Source: the human T2T-CHM13v2.0 reference genome, Homo sapiens | NCBI GenBank assembly: GCA_009914755.4 | Contig: CP068257.2 | Location: 24,096,001-24,160,000 of the forward strand | Length of the DNA: 64,000 nucleotides | Direction: 5' to 3' | Shown: positions 28,931-42,696 of the stretch, in pieces | How the letters are laid out: every line of letters starts with the position of its first letter | Numbering within the stretch: position 1 is the stretch's first letter | Made by a program: the position numbers and the translations under genes | Notes under the pieces: generated by a model | The model's database searches: none | The model's input: only the letters and a program-made list of their open reading frames with translations | What the model was told of the DNA's origin: nothing

Positions 28931-30084
28931 AAAAGAGGGAAGAAAAGAAATCATATCCATGAAATACAGGTATTGTGTATCTTTCATTTTAGGGAGGCAA
29001 CAAGTGGAATAAATGCTACTATATACAGTTGTGTGATGCATCTACTAGATCAAAAGAAGTATTCAGTAAAATTCAAATTTATGTGTGTATATTCTTTTTT
29101 ATCACCTCTTACCAAGAAATATGATTATGCCAACTCCATTTTCCTCCTAGAATTATAAAACCTCTTTCCTTTTCCATTTTCCTTTTTTTCCCCACGTATA
29201 GTCTTACATATTAATGTAGAAATTTTTTAAAGCAATTGATATGCCTATAGCATTTTTAACTGGATGGCAAGGAATTGTTGGTTTATGAGCTGAAATCCAA
29301 ATTCTGTACTAATGTAATTGACATAAATGGAAACTACAAGACTGCCCAATGTGTTATATCTCTTACTGGGAAATCAAACATAACTATTTTTCTTTTGCTA
29401 TTCTGGAATTAGGGAAAGATGACAATTTCCTGTATATAGGTCAGTCCTTTCATTAATAGACTCTTGATTAAGCCAAGTGACTTTTATCCTGCTAAATGTG
29501 ATAGTTTATATCTGGTACTTTTGCAAATAGTTGTTTCTTTTATAATAGCCCTTTGTCAGTGGGCAGTGCAATTTTAAAATAAGGGCTTTGCAATCTGCCA
29601 GTCGTGGAAAGAGCTTGACTTGCCTCTTTTTCCTGTTGTTGGAATTAGCAATACATAGTGTGTGTTTAAATAAAGTCTGTTTTCCAAAGGAAACATAAAT
29701 CCAGCTCCATTTGCATCTCTATAGAATGCAGCAGTAAACTAGATTTCTAGAATGATTGCCGGAACTCTGCTTGTGTACGTTTAGAAACATTGTCTCTTTG
29801 CAATGTCCTTTACCTGTTTTTCTGTATCCTCTGTTTCTTTTAGACCTTTTCCTTAGACTTAAAGCTCCCTATTGGGCTTGGATAATTTATCTGAAATTTG
29901 GAAAGCGTTTACATAGTGAAATAATAAAGATGAAGACATGACTTCATCATATAGGATTCTTTACAAGACAGAAAAGAAGTGGAATATATGTATTAATTTT
30001 TTTTATATTATCGATTTTTATTAACATAGCTTATATTTTGTAGAGGGCTGTGTGCCAGTCATTGTATACTAAGCACTTTACAAA

Positions 30085-30260
30085 GATTATCCCTTTAATC
30101 CTCAACAATGATATGAGGGTATAAGCACTGTTAACCTCACTTTATAGATGAGGAATAAAAGCTTTGAGAAAATATGACTCCTGTGGTCTCAAAAATGTTA
30201 GGTTTTGAATCTTGGCTTTCTGACTCCAAAGCTCTTGTTCTTAGGCTCTTCTACTGCTCT
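30085..30260 (+). mobile_element. MIR fragment in intron 9.
   Basis: cctcactttatagatgaggaataaaagctttgagaaaatatgactcctgtggtctcaaaaatgttaggttttgaatcttggctttctgactccaaagctcttg. Confidence 0.65.
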
Positions 30261-30564
30261 CAAGGTTTTTTGTTTTGTTTAATAATTATTTTTAAATCAA
30301 TGTTTTATTCTAATTGTTGAAAATATGTTTTGAAAGTTTAATGTATAGAGTTTTGGAGTAGTGAGCATTGAAATTTTAGTAAATAATGTTGGGATGTTTC
30401 ATTTGATAGTAGCATTAAATATTCTACATAGCTTCAATATTAATTGCTATTGTGGCGGATGCAGTACTCTACTAGGCTTCTGCTTATGGAATAGTCTGTA
30501 AATTATTGTAAGAAGTCTCATTTATTTTTTCTGAAGTCTCTAATTTTTTTTTCTCTTTTTGAAG

Positions 30565-30793
30565 ATATTATTACGATGGGGACATGATTTGTAAAGTTCA
30601 AGGCAAGAGATTTGTGTACAAGTTTGTCTGTGACTTGAAGACTCTTATTGGATACAGTGCAGCGGAGTTGAACCGTTTGGTCACAGAATGTGAACAGAAG
30701 AAACTTGCAAAGATGCAGCTCCATGGAATTGCCCAGCCAGTCACAGCAGTAGCTCTGGCTACTGCTTCTCTGCAAACGGAAAAGGATAATTGA
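30565..30793 (+). CDS. GABPA: GABPA last coding exon, C-terminal part of the ETS domain plus the GABPB-interaction region: (R)[78 protein letters not shown] stop at 30791-30793.
   Basis: ORF track 30584..30793 [19 protein letters not shown]...TEKDN. Acceptor ttgaag|atat. Confidence 0.93.
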
Positions 30794-33700
30794 GCCCCAG
30801 GACATTCTGAGACTCCAAAGTCTTTCTTAAAATGTTTAGAGCAAGTATAGCTCTTACCTTTATTACTGAATTTGAATCTTCTTTTATTTCTAGGCTGTAC
30901 AGTCTGATGCATGATTTTTTTATAAATATTTCATACTCTTGTGAATTTGGATCTTTTTACTTTGAGCATATATTTTAGAATATGTGTATGTTAAAGGATC
31001 TCCACAATGTCTGCAGTGTGAAGGCAGGTTCATTGTGGAATAGTTTAACAGTCAGGAAGGCTAAACTGGTCAGTATTAATGTGTAGCCCTACCAAAAATA
31101 GCCAGTAGTATCTGAAAATGAAAAATAAATGAAGTATCTCTAGGAAACAGTCTGGCTTAACTATTTTTGAAAATATAACTGTTTCCCCTCTCTGCTGCTT
31201 TAGATGTTGCTTTACATAGAACCAGAAAATGGAATTTCTCAGCTAAAGCATGTGTGCCTGTTTCATCTAATCAAGCAGAGCTAAAATGTTCATACCGAAT
31301 AAATTTATATTAATAAATTACTAAACTAAGAGTATCAGGTTATTTATATATTTGCAAGCAAAGGACAGTAAGAAGTTGACTGGCAAAAGAGCAGTGCTGA
31401 AGGAGGAGATCCAGGTTTAAATCTGGCTTATTAACTCAAGCCAATTTTAAGGATTTTCTGTATAGATTACTCATGTCAGACCAAGAATTTAAATTATTTT
31501 GAGAGAGGCATTTAATTCTAATAAACCAGCTGTTATAAAAATTATAAAATGATCTCTGTTTTTCCTGTCAGAGATTTAAAAAACTGAAAAGGTATACCTC
31601 AACCCAAAAATAAAGGTTTGTTTTGGTTTGTTATGGCTTCCTTTTTTAAAAAATTACCCTGTAGTGCCAGTTTATTATGCAAAGCAGCTTATATTCCTTT
31701 GTTTCTGATAAAATGAAGACTTTAAATCAGTCAGTAGTACTTTACCTTTCAAGGCATTAGTAAATTACTTGCAAATAGTTTTAAAAGGAAAATACGACCT
31801 TTGTTATAGGCAGTCTTCTCTTTAAGACAATACTTTTCCACTTGTTTTCCTTTTCCATATTATATATGTGTATTCATATAGCTGTATACATATTCAGTTG
31901 ATCATTTTATAAACATATGAAGGCATAAAGATATACAGAAGAAAAATTATTAAACAACTCATTTTAAGATTCAAATTAACTAATTCCTGCATATATGACA
32001 TTCCTTACATAAGCGAACACTAAACAAAAATGGCTAGAAATGTCTTTTTCTTTCTTTTCTCTCTTTGTTGTTTAAGGTATTAAGCACGAATTATTACATG
32101 AGACTGGCAGATAGCTATTAATCCTCTTACAGATTTGAGAAAGTTGATTCTCAAATATTTATGCACCTTCTCCTTCATTGTTTTCTTTAAATCTGTCCTC
32201 TTAAAAAGCTTCTTAAGAGCTCAGTTAATGCTTTTGACTTAACTAGGAGAAAAAGGCATGATAATACAGGCAAGATGGCATTGTTAGCAATTCTGGTAGT
32301 GGTTTGGAATGAATCCTAAGAGGCAGGGATCTTAAGGACAAGGAAGAGAAGAGAGAGAGGGAGGGATCTTTGATCTCTTTCTCTGGTAATCTTAATGCAT
32401 AATTTTACTAAAACATGTTCTCAATTCATTCATATTATTAAGCTCTTCCTGCAGTTGATATCTGAGCAGAGTAAGATTTGTATTTCCATTTTTACTTTTT
32501 TGAAAGAGAATATATGGACAGATTATTAGTACAATTTGGGCACTGTGGTTTTAAGAATATCTGAGTAAAATAACAATATGAAATAATAAACAGAAGCTCT
32601 AACGTCAGGTAACAAATAGACAGCAAGAAAGGTTTTGCACCATCCTCTTACGGCCTAGAGAGTTGACAAGTTGCTTGTAGTTTTAAAAAAATAATAAAGT
32701 ATACCCTTCTGGTATATCATCAAGAGCTTAAGAATCTTGGCTTTCATATTTAAAATGCTTTTGGGGAGACATATATTAAAATTTTAGCCAAGATGATAGA
32801 CATGTCTCAATTATATATGTGTGTGTATGTTTTTAAAGCTAAAAACATTACTTTTAGATCCCTAGAATGAAAATTTTTTTCTCATCTATGCAATTCCCAT
32901 ATGGTTTTTTTTAAATCATATTTTATTCATTTTCTCCCTTTAGCAATTTTCATTTTATTTCTCATAATTTGAACAGAGACAGTTCTCATACATGATCAGA
33001 TGCTTTTTTTTTCTTCTTACCATCATTTATGCATGACATAGGTAATGTGACTAATTTCTCCAGTTGATTCAAGAAACTCATTACTTTGCCTCAAATTATA
33101 TGTAAAATATTTGTTTTACTTAGGTTACAGTTATCAGAAAGGTAGTTTTTTTCTTCTATTAAAATATAACATTGTGAAAGAAAATAAAATTTATGCTATT
33201 CTTTGCTTTGTTTTTATAAATGAATTTTTCATAGAATTTACAGTATATTCAAAGGAAGAAAGATAAAATTATTGGTCATCATTTGTACCTTAGAAGTACA
33301 AGAATTTAAGTAAAAGAAATGTTCATTTTTGTTTTAAAATTTGTTTTCCATGTGAAGTTTTTATTGAGCCAACTTTCATACATATCTTGCTAGCCTAAAG
33401 TCTAAATATTTGTGTTGGCATCAGAAAAACAAATGAGGCAGAATTGCTATGTGTGGTTGATCTTCAGATAAATTGACTGATCACAGTTATTTTTGTATCA
33501 GTCTATGTTATTAGGAAAAATTGTTTAGTTGTTTTCTCCCCTGATTAATGGTGATATTCAAGTATGATACAAAAAGAATTGTACCACCAAATATTTTTGT
33601 GAGGTCTGCTGTTTTCCATATTCATTTTATGCTACTGCCTTTAAGAAAGAACTAGTGTATCCTTGAAATAGCACAAAAATGTTTTAAAATTCATAATTGC

Positions 33701-34350
33701 AAAACAAATCTGTGACTAACTTAATGTCTTCAGATCTAAAGGGTGTAAAAATATTGATACTTCAATATTTCACTTGCTGCCAGGAAAAACAAAATTCTCA
33801 ATCTTTTGTAAATGGGAGGAGGACTTTTGCATACATTTTTACTCTTTAAATAACGACAACGACACTTATACTGTCATAATAACAATTATGTATTTCTTTG
33901 TGGTTTTAATTTTTTTTGTAATTTTACATAAAACAGTTATTTTCTATTTTTACGCAGATAAATATTTGTGCATAAAATGTAAAAATAGTAAAATGAGAAA
34001 AATAAAACTATTATACAGTATGTTTCTGTGTTGCTTAAAAGTTTTTTTTCCTGAAAACAAAATCTTAAATCCCCAGGATATTTTGTTGGATAGTAATCTG
34101 ACAGTCCACTTATGATACGTTGTACATAGGATTCCGATGCATTTTTAAACTTAAAAGCTGTCAATTTGGGAAGAACATATTTCACTGAACTAAAATTAGT
34201 AGGTTCATCTCTTTGAGGAAATTAATGAAATTCCATCTACAAAGCCAAGTTGTTTTAGAATAGTAACAGATGAAGCTGTCAGAAGGCAAGCTGATGATTG
34301 CTAAATTGTAAACCTTTCATAAAGCCTTTTTTTTTAACAAACAAAAAATC
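30794..34350 (+). other. GABPA: GABPA 3' UTR. It is long and AU-rich with many AATAAA hexamers (e.g. 31124, 31312, 31520, 31609, 32585, 32693, ~34003, 34504). The true cleavage site or sites are uncertain.
   Basis: Contiguous with the stop codon and contains no Alu. Length agrees with my recollection of a ~5.3-kb GABPA mRNA, not verified here. The end point is an estimate. Confidence 0.5.
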
Positions 34351-34779
34351 ACCTGTTCATGTTGGCTATCAGCAGGTTGCTTCAGCCAGAATCAGAATAT
34401 AGAAGAATGGAAAGGGTTAGGAAAAAGTGATTCATGCCTGCCTTCATGGTGAAGCAATGATGAAAGTTTGATTGACATGCTTAAATAGGAAGTTATGGTT
34501 AGAAATAAATGGCTTTAAAAATACACAGTGTGATTGTATCTAGTTCGAAGCAATCAAAAACCATCAGCCAGGACGCTAGTGAGGTATGTTTGTTCTCCCA
34601 GGACTTCAGTTTTTTGTGTGTACAGCTTCAGAGTTTAATTTACAAGCCAAGTATGTGTTTAAAATGCTTTTTACTGATAAACTGACAACTTTAGAACACT
34701 GCTTTTAAAAATTTCCGTAGTGAAGGACCACTTTCTTATTTCCAATTTGTCACAGACAAACATCTGTAAAATAAAAACT

Positions 34780-34968
34780 GAATTAGTACAGGGAGGGGGA
34801 AATGGGAAGTTACTGTTTAATGGGCATAGAGTTTCAGTTTTGCAAGATGAAAAACAAGATGGTTACACAACTATAAACATGCTTAACAATACCAAACCGT
34901 ATTAAAGATGGTTAAGATGGTAAATTTCATATTATGTATATTTTACCACAGTTGAGTTTTTTTTTTAA
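34780..34968 (+). mobile_element. L1 3'-UTR terminal fragment.
   Basis: gggaaatgggaagttactgtttaatgggcatagagtttcagttttgcaagatgaaaaacaagatggttacacaactataaacatgcttaacaataccaaaccgtattaaagatggttaagatggtaaatttcatattatgtatattttaccacag resembles the L1 3' end consensus. Confidence 0.75.
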
Positions 34969-35632
34969 AGAATGAATTACTATAAGAATTTTAAAAATTC
35001 AGTATTTACCAAATTAACAATACAATGGGGGAGGAACACATTCAACTCAATAGATGCAGAAAAATGTACAACTTGACATCCATTCATGATTAAAACTCTC
35101 AGCAAACTAGAGAACTTCTTTAACCTGATAAAAAGGTATCTGTGGAAAAACCTACAACTAACATCACGTTTGTTGCCCCTCACCACTCCGCCCCCCTCCC
35201 CACAAGATTTGGGAAACGCAAAGAGGTACCTGCTTTTATAATTTTTATTCAGAATTGTATCCTAGTCTGTGAAATAAGGTAAGAAAAATAAAAAGCATAC
35301 ATACTGCAAAAAATAAAACTGCAGAAGGCATCAGACATGTTAAAACGCCCTCAAGAATCAAAAAGTTATGAGAATATAGCAAGGTAAGGTACAAGGTCAA
35401 TATGCGAAGTTCAATTTTATTTCTGCGTGCTAGAAACTAATAAATGGAAATTAATATTTAAAAACCACCATTTACAATAATATTAACGTGAAATAGGGAC
35501 AAATAGAGCAAAATTTGTGCAAGACCTATCAATGAAAACTATAGAACTTGCAAAGAAATGAAAGAATGTCTAAGTAGGTGGAGATATAACACCATAATTC
35601 TGGATTGGAAGACTCAATTTTGGGTTTTCTTG

Positions 35633-35928
35633 TTTTTTTTTGAGACAGTCTCACTCACTGTGTCACCCAAGCTGGAGTACAGTAGTGCGATCTCAGCCCA
35701 CTACAACCTCCGCCTCCTGGGTTCAAGCGATTCTCATGCTTCAGCCTCCCAAATAGCTGGGATTACAGGCGTGTCCCATGACACCTGGCTGATTTTTTGT
35801 ATTTTTAGTAGAGTTGGGGGCTTCGCTATGTTGGCCAGGCTGGTCTCGAACTCCTGACCTCAAGTGATCTGCCTGGCTCGGCCTCCTGAAGTGCTGGGAT
35901 TACAGGCGTGAGCCACCGTGCCTGGCCT
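35633..35928 (-). mobile_element. Alu (antisense) nested in L1, with TSD agac[t/c]caatt.
   Basis: tttttttttgagacagtctcactcactgtgtcacccaagctggagtacagtagtgcgatctc...gtgagccaccgtgcctggcc. Flanking aagactcaatttt / aagacccaattgt. Confidence 0.9.
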
Positions 35929-36462
35929 AAGACCCAATTGTGTAAATGTAAATCTTGTAAATGTTAGTTATTCCTAAATTGACCTATAAATTGAATTACA
36001 ACAAAAATTCTGCCAGTCTTTTTTTGTAGACAAGCTAGTTATAAAATTTATATGTAAATACAAATGACACAGAATAGCCAAAATATTTTGGAAAAAGAGA
36101 ACTTGCACTGTGCTATATAAAGCTTTGCTATATAAAGCTACAGCAATCAAGAGGTGGTATTTAGGTAAGGATAAATGTATATAGGTCAATGAACAGAATA
36201 GAATCCAGAAATGGACCCACATATATGGCTCATTGATTTTTGGTGCCAAAATCAAAGGTGCCAAGGTAATTCAATAGGGAAAGGGTAGTTATTTCAACAA
36301 ATGTTAGAACAACTGCATATATTCATGGAGAAAAACCCTTGCCTCATACCACACATAAAAACAATGGATTATAGACCTAAATATAAAATCTAAAACTTAT
36401 TAAGGAATTTTCATAACCTTGGGGTAGATAAAGATTTCCTAGATATTAAAGAAGCAAAACTA

Positions 36463-36805
36463 GGCTGGATGTGGTGGCTCATACCTGTAAATACAGTGCT
36501 TTGGAAAGCTGAGGCAGGAAGATTACTTGAGGCCATGAGTTTTGAGACCAGCCTGGGCAACATAGCAAGACCCTATCTCTACAAAAATATAAAAGTTAAA
36601 ATAAAATTAGCTGGGCATGGTTGTGTACGGCTGTAGTTCCAGCTACTCAGAAGGCTGAGGAGGGAGGATTGCTTGAGCCCAGGTTAAAATTCGAGGTTCA
36701 AGTGCAGGTTGAGTTTGAGGTTACAGTGAGGTATGATTCTGCCGCTACAGCACTCCAGTCTGGGGGTGACAGAGTGAGACGCTGTATCTAATAAAAAAAA
36801 AAAAA
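36463..36805 (+). mobile_element. Alu (old, AluJ-like with internal insertions).
   Basis: ggctggatgtggtggctcatacctgtaaatacagtgctttggaaagctgaggcaggaagattacttgaggccatgag...poly-A. Confidence 0.8.
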
Positions 36806-36879
36806 GACAGTAAATTGGACTTCATCAAAAATTTTTAAAACACCTGTTATTTGAAAGATACTATTAAAATAAAAGGCAA

Positions 36880-37185
36880 GGCTGGGTGTAGTGACACATG
36901 CCTGTAATTTCATTGCTTTGGGAGGCTGACTGGGGAGGACTGCTTGAACCCAGGAGTTTGAGACCAGCCTGGGCAACATCGTGAGACCCCCTCTCTATGA
37001 AAAAAAAAAATTTAATTAGCCAACCTTGGTAGCATGGACCTGTAGTTCTGGCTACTCAGAAGCCTGAGGCAGGAACACTGTTTGAGTCCAGGAGTTTGAG
37101 GTTATAATGAGCTATGATCATACCAGTGCACTCTAGCCTGGGTGAGAGAGCAAGACCCTGTCTCAAAAAAAAAAAAAAAAAAAAG
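36880..37185 (+). mobile_element. Alu (old, AluJ-like, with a long central A-run).
   Basis: ggctgggtgtagtgacacatgcctgtaatttcattgctttgggaggctgactgggg...ccaaccttggtagcatggacctgtagttctggctactcagaagcctgaggcagg...poly-A. Confidence 0.75.
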
Positions 37186-37737
37186 AAAAGAAAATTAAAT
37201 AAAGGACAAGGTACAGATTGGAAGAAAATATTTGCAATACACTTATCTTACCTAGGTTACAAAGGTAAGATAAGTGTATTGACCACACTGATTTATAATA
37301 TTTTGTCATTAAGCAATGAGCATCAGTTGTAACTGAATGATTATGGCAATATTAATATCTTACAAAGGTAAGATATTTAATATCAAAATATATGATAAAT
37401 TCTTTTAACTCACTAAGATAATCAAATAATTTATGGTCAAAGGATTTGTACAGACACTTCATAAAAAAAGATATACATATGGCCAGTAAGCATATGAAAA
37501 GCTATTTGGCATTATTAGTTATCACGAAATACCAAGTCACAATCCAGTACCACTAAAAACACATTACAACTGCTAAAAGTTAAAAGACTCACAATACCAA
37601 CTGTTCTCAATGACATGGACCAAATGAAGTCACACACATTGCTAGTGGAAATGTAAAATGGCACACTACTTTGGAAAAGTTAAACACTTTTGTCACGACA
37701 CAGCAATTCTAATCCTAGGCATTTATTTTATGTATTT

Positions 37738-38030
<293 letters not shown>

Positions 38031-38732
38031 ATCCTAGACATTTATTTAAGAGAAATAAAATATGTTCACTGAAAGACTTGTACACGAATGTTTATAACAG
38101 CTTTATTCATAATGTCTCCAAACTGTTAACACAAATATCCATCAGCAGGTGACTGAATAAACAAATTATGAATACCCATAGAACAGAAGTACGACTCAGC
38201 AATAAAAGGGAGTGAACAACTGCCTCATCAACAACTCTGGAAAAGGCAAATCTCATTGTAAGGATAGAAAGCAGATCACTGGTTGCCTAGGGCTAGGGAT
38301 AATGGTTGATTTCCTGGATTAGGCATAAAGAAATTTGGGAGGATGATGAGCATAGCCTATATTATGCTTTGTTGACGATTACATGGATGAACAGATTTGT
38401 CAAAACTCATCTAAATGTATACTTAAAATAGGTGCATGGGGTTATGTAAATTTCACCTCAATAAGCTTAAAAACTGAATTACTAGAGAAATGAAATTTAA
38501 AAGACAAAAATACATAACCACTTTTTAAAAATTATTAGATTCCACAAGCATAAGATTGCTATATCAAATTATCAAAATTGTTTTAATGCTTGCTCTTATC
38601 TCCCTGTGGACTGATGACAAACAGTTCACGGACTGACCACACTGATCTACAACATTTCATCAACTGATGAGCATCAGTTTTAACTGAACGATTATGGCAA
38701 TGTTAATGGTATTTGAAAATTTCTCTGTAAAC

Positions 38733-39035
38733 CTTTTTTTTTTTTTTTTTTGAGACTGAGAGTCTCACTCTGTTACCCAGGCTGGAGCGCAGTGGCTTGA
38801 TCTTGGCTCACTGCAACCTCCACTTCCTGAGTTTAAGCGATTCTCCTGCCTCAGCCTCCCCAGTACCTGAGATTATAGGCCTGCATCACCACGCCCAGCT
38901 AATTTTTGTAGTTTTAGTAGAGACAGGGTTTCACCATGTTGGCCAGGCTGGTCTTGAACTCCTGAGCTCAAGTGATCTGCCTGCCTGAGCCTCCCAAAGT
39001 GCTGGGATTACAGGCATGAGCCACCATGCCCGGCT
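38733..39035 (-). mobile_element. Alu (antisense).
   Basis: 17-nt poly-T, gagactgagagtctcactctgttacccaggctggagcgcagtgg...ggattacaggcatgagccaccatgcccggc. Confidence 0.9.
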
Positions 39036-39429
39036 GTAATGTGAGAAAAGCATTTTCTCATGTCTGCTAACAAGATAGTTGATTTGGGAATCTTATTTCC
39101 ATGATACTAGTAACACCCAGTTAGCACCTATGCTATTTTTATAGGTAACACCACAGTAACTAGACATGAATGAAATAGAACACTGAAGAAAAAGTTATTT
39201 ATCATATCTATGAGCAACTCTTTAATTCACTTCCTTAGAAAACTATGCAAAAAGGTTTGCTCTAATACTCACAGTACGAATAGAGAAAGTAAGCTTCCTA
39301 TCTCTAATGTTGGTTTTACTTTGTGAATGAGAGGGCATATTGCATATTAATACACTGATAAACATCACTGAATAGTTGAACTAGAATGTTCATTTGACTT
39401 AATGGTTAAAGGAAAAAGCTATGCATTAA

Positions 39430-39712
<283 letters not shown>

Positions 39713-39745
39713 TGATCTGGCCAACTTGGCCTCCCAAAGTGCTGG

Positions 39746-41100
39746 CGAGAGGTAACAGCCTGCTAGCAGCCCTCGCAGCCCTCACTCGCTCTCGGAGCCT
39801 CCTCGGCCTTGGCGCCCACTCTCGCCGCGCTTGAGGAGCCCTTCAGCCCGCCGCTGCACTGTGGGAGTCCCTTTCTGGGCTGGCCAAGGCCGGAGCCGGC
39901 TCCCTCAGCTTGCGGGGAAGCGTGGAGGGAGAGGCGCGGGCGGGAACCCGGGCTGCCCGCGGCGCTTGCGGGCCAGCGCGAGTTCCGGGTGGGCGTGGGC
40001 TCCGCGGGCCCGCACTCAGAGCGGCCTGCCGCCCCAGGCAGTGAGGGGCTTAGCACCTGGGCCAGCAGCTGCTGTGCTAGATTTCTCGTGCGGGCCTTAG
40101 CTGCCTCCCCGGGGGCAGGGCTCGGGACCTGCAGCCTGCCATGCCTGAGCCTCCCCCCTCTCTCTCTGTGGGCTCCTGCGCGGCCCGAGCCTCCCTGACG
40201 AGCGCCGCCCCCTGCTCCACGGCGCCCAGGCCCATCGACCGCACGAGGGCTGAGGAGTGCTTGGCAGGGCGTGGGACTGGCAGGCAGCTCCACCTGCAGC
40301 CGGTGCGGGATCCACTGGGTGAAGCCAGCTGGGCTCCTGAGTCTGGTGGGGACTTGGCTAATCTTTATGTCTAGCTAAGGGATTGTAAATACACCAATCA
40401 GCACTCTGTATCTAGCTCAAGGTTTGTAAATGCACCAATCAGCACTCTGTGTCTAGCTCAGGATTTGTAAATATACCAATCCACACTCTGTATCTAGCTA
40501 ATGTAGTAGGGACTTGGAGAACTTTTGTGTCTAGCTCAGGGTTCCTAAACGCACCAATCAGCACCCTGTCAAAATGGACCAATCAGCTCTCTGTAAAACA
40601 GACCAATCAGCTCTCTGTAAAATGGACCAATTAGCAGGATGTGGGTGGGGCCAGATAAGAGAATAAAAGCAGGCTGCCCGAATGAGCAGTAGCAACTCGC
40701 TGTGGTCCGCTTCTGTAGTGTGAGGAGGTGTGTTCTTTCCGTCTTTGCAATAAGTGTTGCTGTTGCTCACTCTGGGTCCAGCTGCGTTTATGAGCTGTAA
40801 CACTCACCGCTAAGGTCCGCAGATTCACTCTTGAAGCCAGTGAGACCACAAACCCACCAGGAGGAACGAACAACTCCAGCTGCGCCACCTTAAGAGCTGT
40901 AACACTCACTGAAGGTTTGCAGCTTCACTCCTGAGCCAGCGTAGACCATGAACACACCGGAAGGAAGAAACTCGGAACACATCCGAACATCAGAAGGAAC
41001 AAACTCCGGACACGCCGCCTTTAAGAACTGTAACACCGCCAGGGTCCACGGCTTCATGCTTGAAGTTGGTAAGACCAAGAACCCACCAATTCCGGACACG
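39746..41100 (+). mobile_element. LTR12C-type HERV9 LTR: a GC/CpG-rich 5' U3 part, a tandem CCAAT-box repeat block, then the R/U5-like 3' part ending ...ccaccaattccggacacg.
   Basis: Hallmark LTR12 motifs: gagaggtaacagcctgctagcagccctc..., repeated gattgtaaatacaccaatcagcactctgtatctagctca units, ccagataagagaataaaagcaggctgcccg, and gagctgtaacactcaccg...gaagccagtgagaccacaaacccaccaggaggaacgaacaactcc... repeated three times. Confidence 0.8.
40365..40660 (+). promoter_or_regulatory. Tandem array of about 7 CCAAT-box-containing units (~41-bp period: tctagctca-gg-ttgtaaat-caccaatcagcac-ctgt) inside the LTR12C U3, the candidate NF-Y-binding enhancer/promoter module of this LTR family.
   Basis: Direct reading: caccaatcagcactctgt (x2), taccaatccacactctgt, caccaatcagcaccctgt, gaccaatcagctctctgt (x2), gaccaattagcagg. 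LTR12 LTRs are known from the literature to act as NF-Y-dependent cryptic promoters. Confidence 0.55.
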
Positions 41101-41399
<299 letters not shown>

Positions 41400-41869
41400 T
41401 TAGCTAATTGATTAAACAAAGAATACCTAGAATAAAGGTATAAACAAATAACCTTCCATTGTGGAGGATATGTAAAGTGGCGTGCCAAAGGAAAGAACTA
41501 GAAGAAACAGATTATGGTCCTTTTCCCACTAACCAGATACGAAACTTACAGCTAGTTGTTTCACCTTTGTTCACCTCCATTTTCTCTCTCCTGTGTTGGG
41601 GTCGTTGACACATTTGCCTGCAGTGCAGGGCCATTGGAAGGGTTAAATGAACTCAGTATGTAATTCATCTTGCAGGCTCCTAAATAAGTGTAAAGGTCTA
41701 GGAAAGAAAAGCCTCCCTCCAAAGAATCCAGTGTTCTAGGTTGAAATTGGTGCTCCTCTCGCGTAATGGTGAAAATCACAAAGTAGCGTAAAAAACATGT
41801 TGAATGAATGAGTAAGGAATAAGAGCTAATTCTGATCTCTTACGATATGTCAAGTCGTTTATGTGCCTT

Positions 41870-42020
41870 CTCACTTATTTCTCACAACTCCTTGAAGTAG
41901 ATAACTGTCCGTTTTATAAATGGAGAGATTGAGGCATAGAGGGATTAGTCAACTTGGCTGAAGTCACTTGCATAAGGGCCAACCCAGGCTTGAAGCCCTG
42001 CGTGGGCTTTTCATTAGGAT
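41870..42020 (+). mobile_element. MIR fragment.
   Basis: gttttataaatggagagattgaggcatagagggattagtcaacttggctgaagtcacttgcataagggccaacccaggcttgaagccctg. Confidence 0.65.
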
Positions 42021-42396
42021 CAAGTCTGTCTCAACAGAATATAGCTGTTAATACCTACAGTCAATGAAAGGGAGGTGTGTTTAACACGTCTAAAAAATGA
42101 GAATTGCAAACATTGAGTATTTTTTTCATTTTTCCTGGCTTGTACTTGTCTTACCCAAAGTGAGAAGCTTATACCAAATTTTACTTTAAGTAGTATTCAT
42201 CTCTAATAAGTCAACGGAGTTTTATTAAACATTATCATACAGCCAACCCTTAGTAAAATAATGGCTCTAGGCAATCATCACCAACAGCTGCTAAAACCAC
42301 TAGCTGAAAAGTTAGACGCTTTGTAAAGGATGGATTTGCCTCACAATCCCTGAATACATATATCAATCTTAGTATCACCAAAAGCGAGACAACCAG

Positions 42397-42696
<300 letters not shown>

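Noticed and set aside
39763-40315. 176-aa and 129-aa ORFs on both strands (Gly/Ala/Arg/Pro-rich) in the GC-rich part of the window.
   Set aside because: They lie entirely inside the CpG-rich U3 region of the LTR12C element. Open frames on both strands with a low-complexity GC-driven composition are a compositional artefact, not a gene.
40365-40660. Regularly spaced ~41-bp direct repeats that superficially resemble a CRISPR array.
   Set aside because: This is eukaryotic (primate) DNA. The units are the well-known CCAAT-box tandem repeats of LTR12-family U3 regions. They have no unique spacers, no cas genes and no leader.
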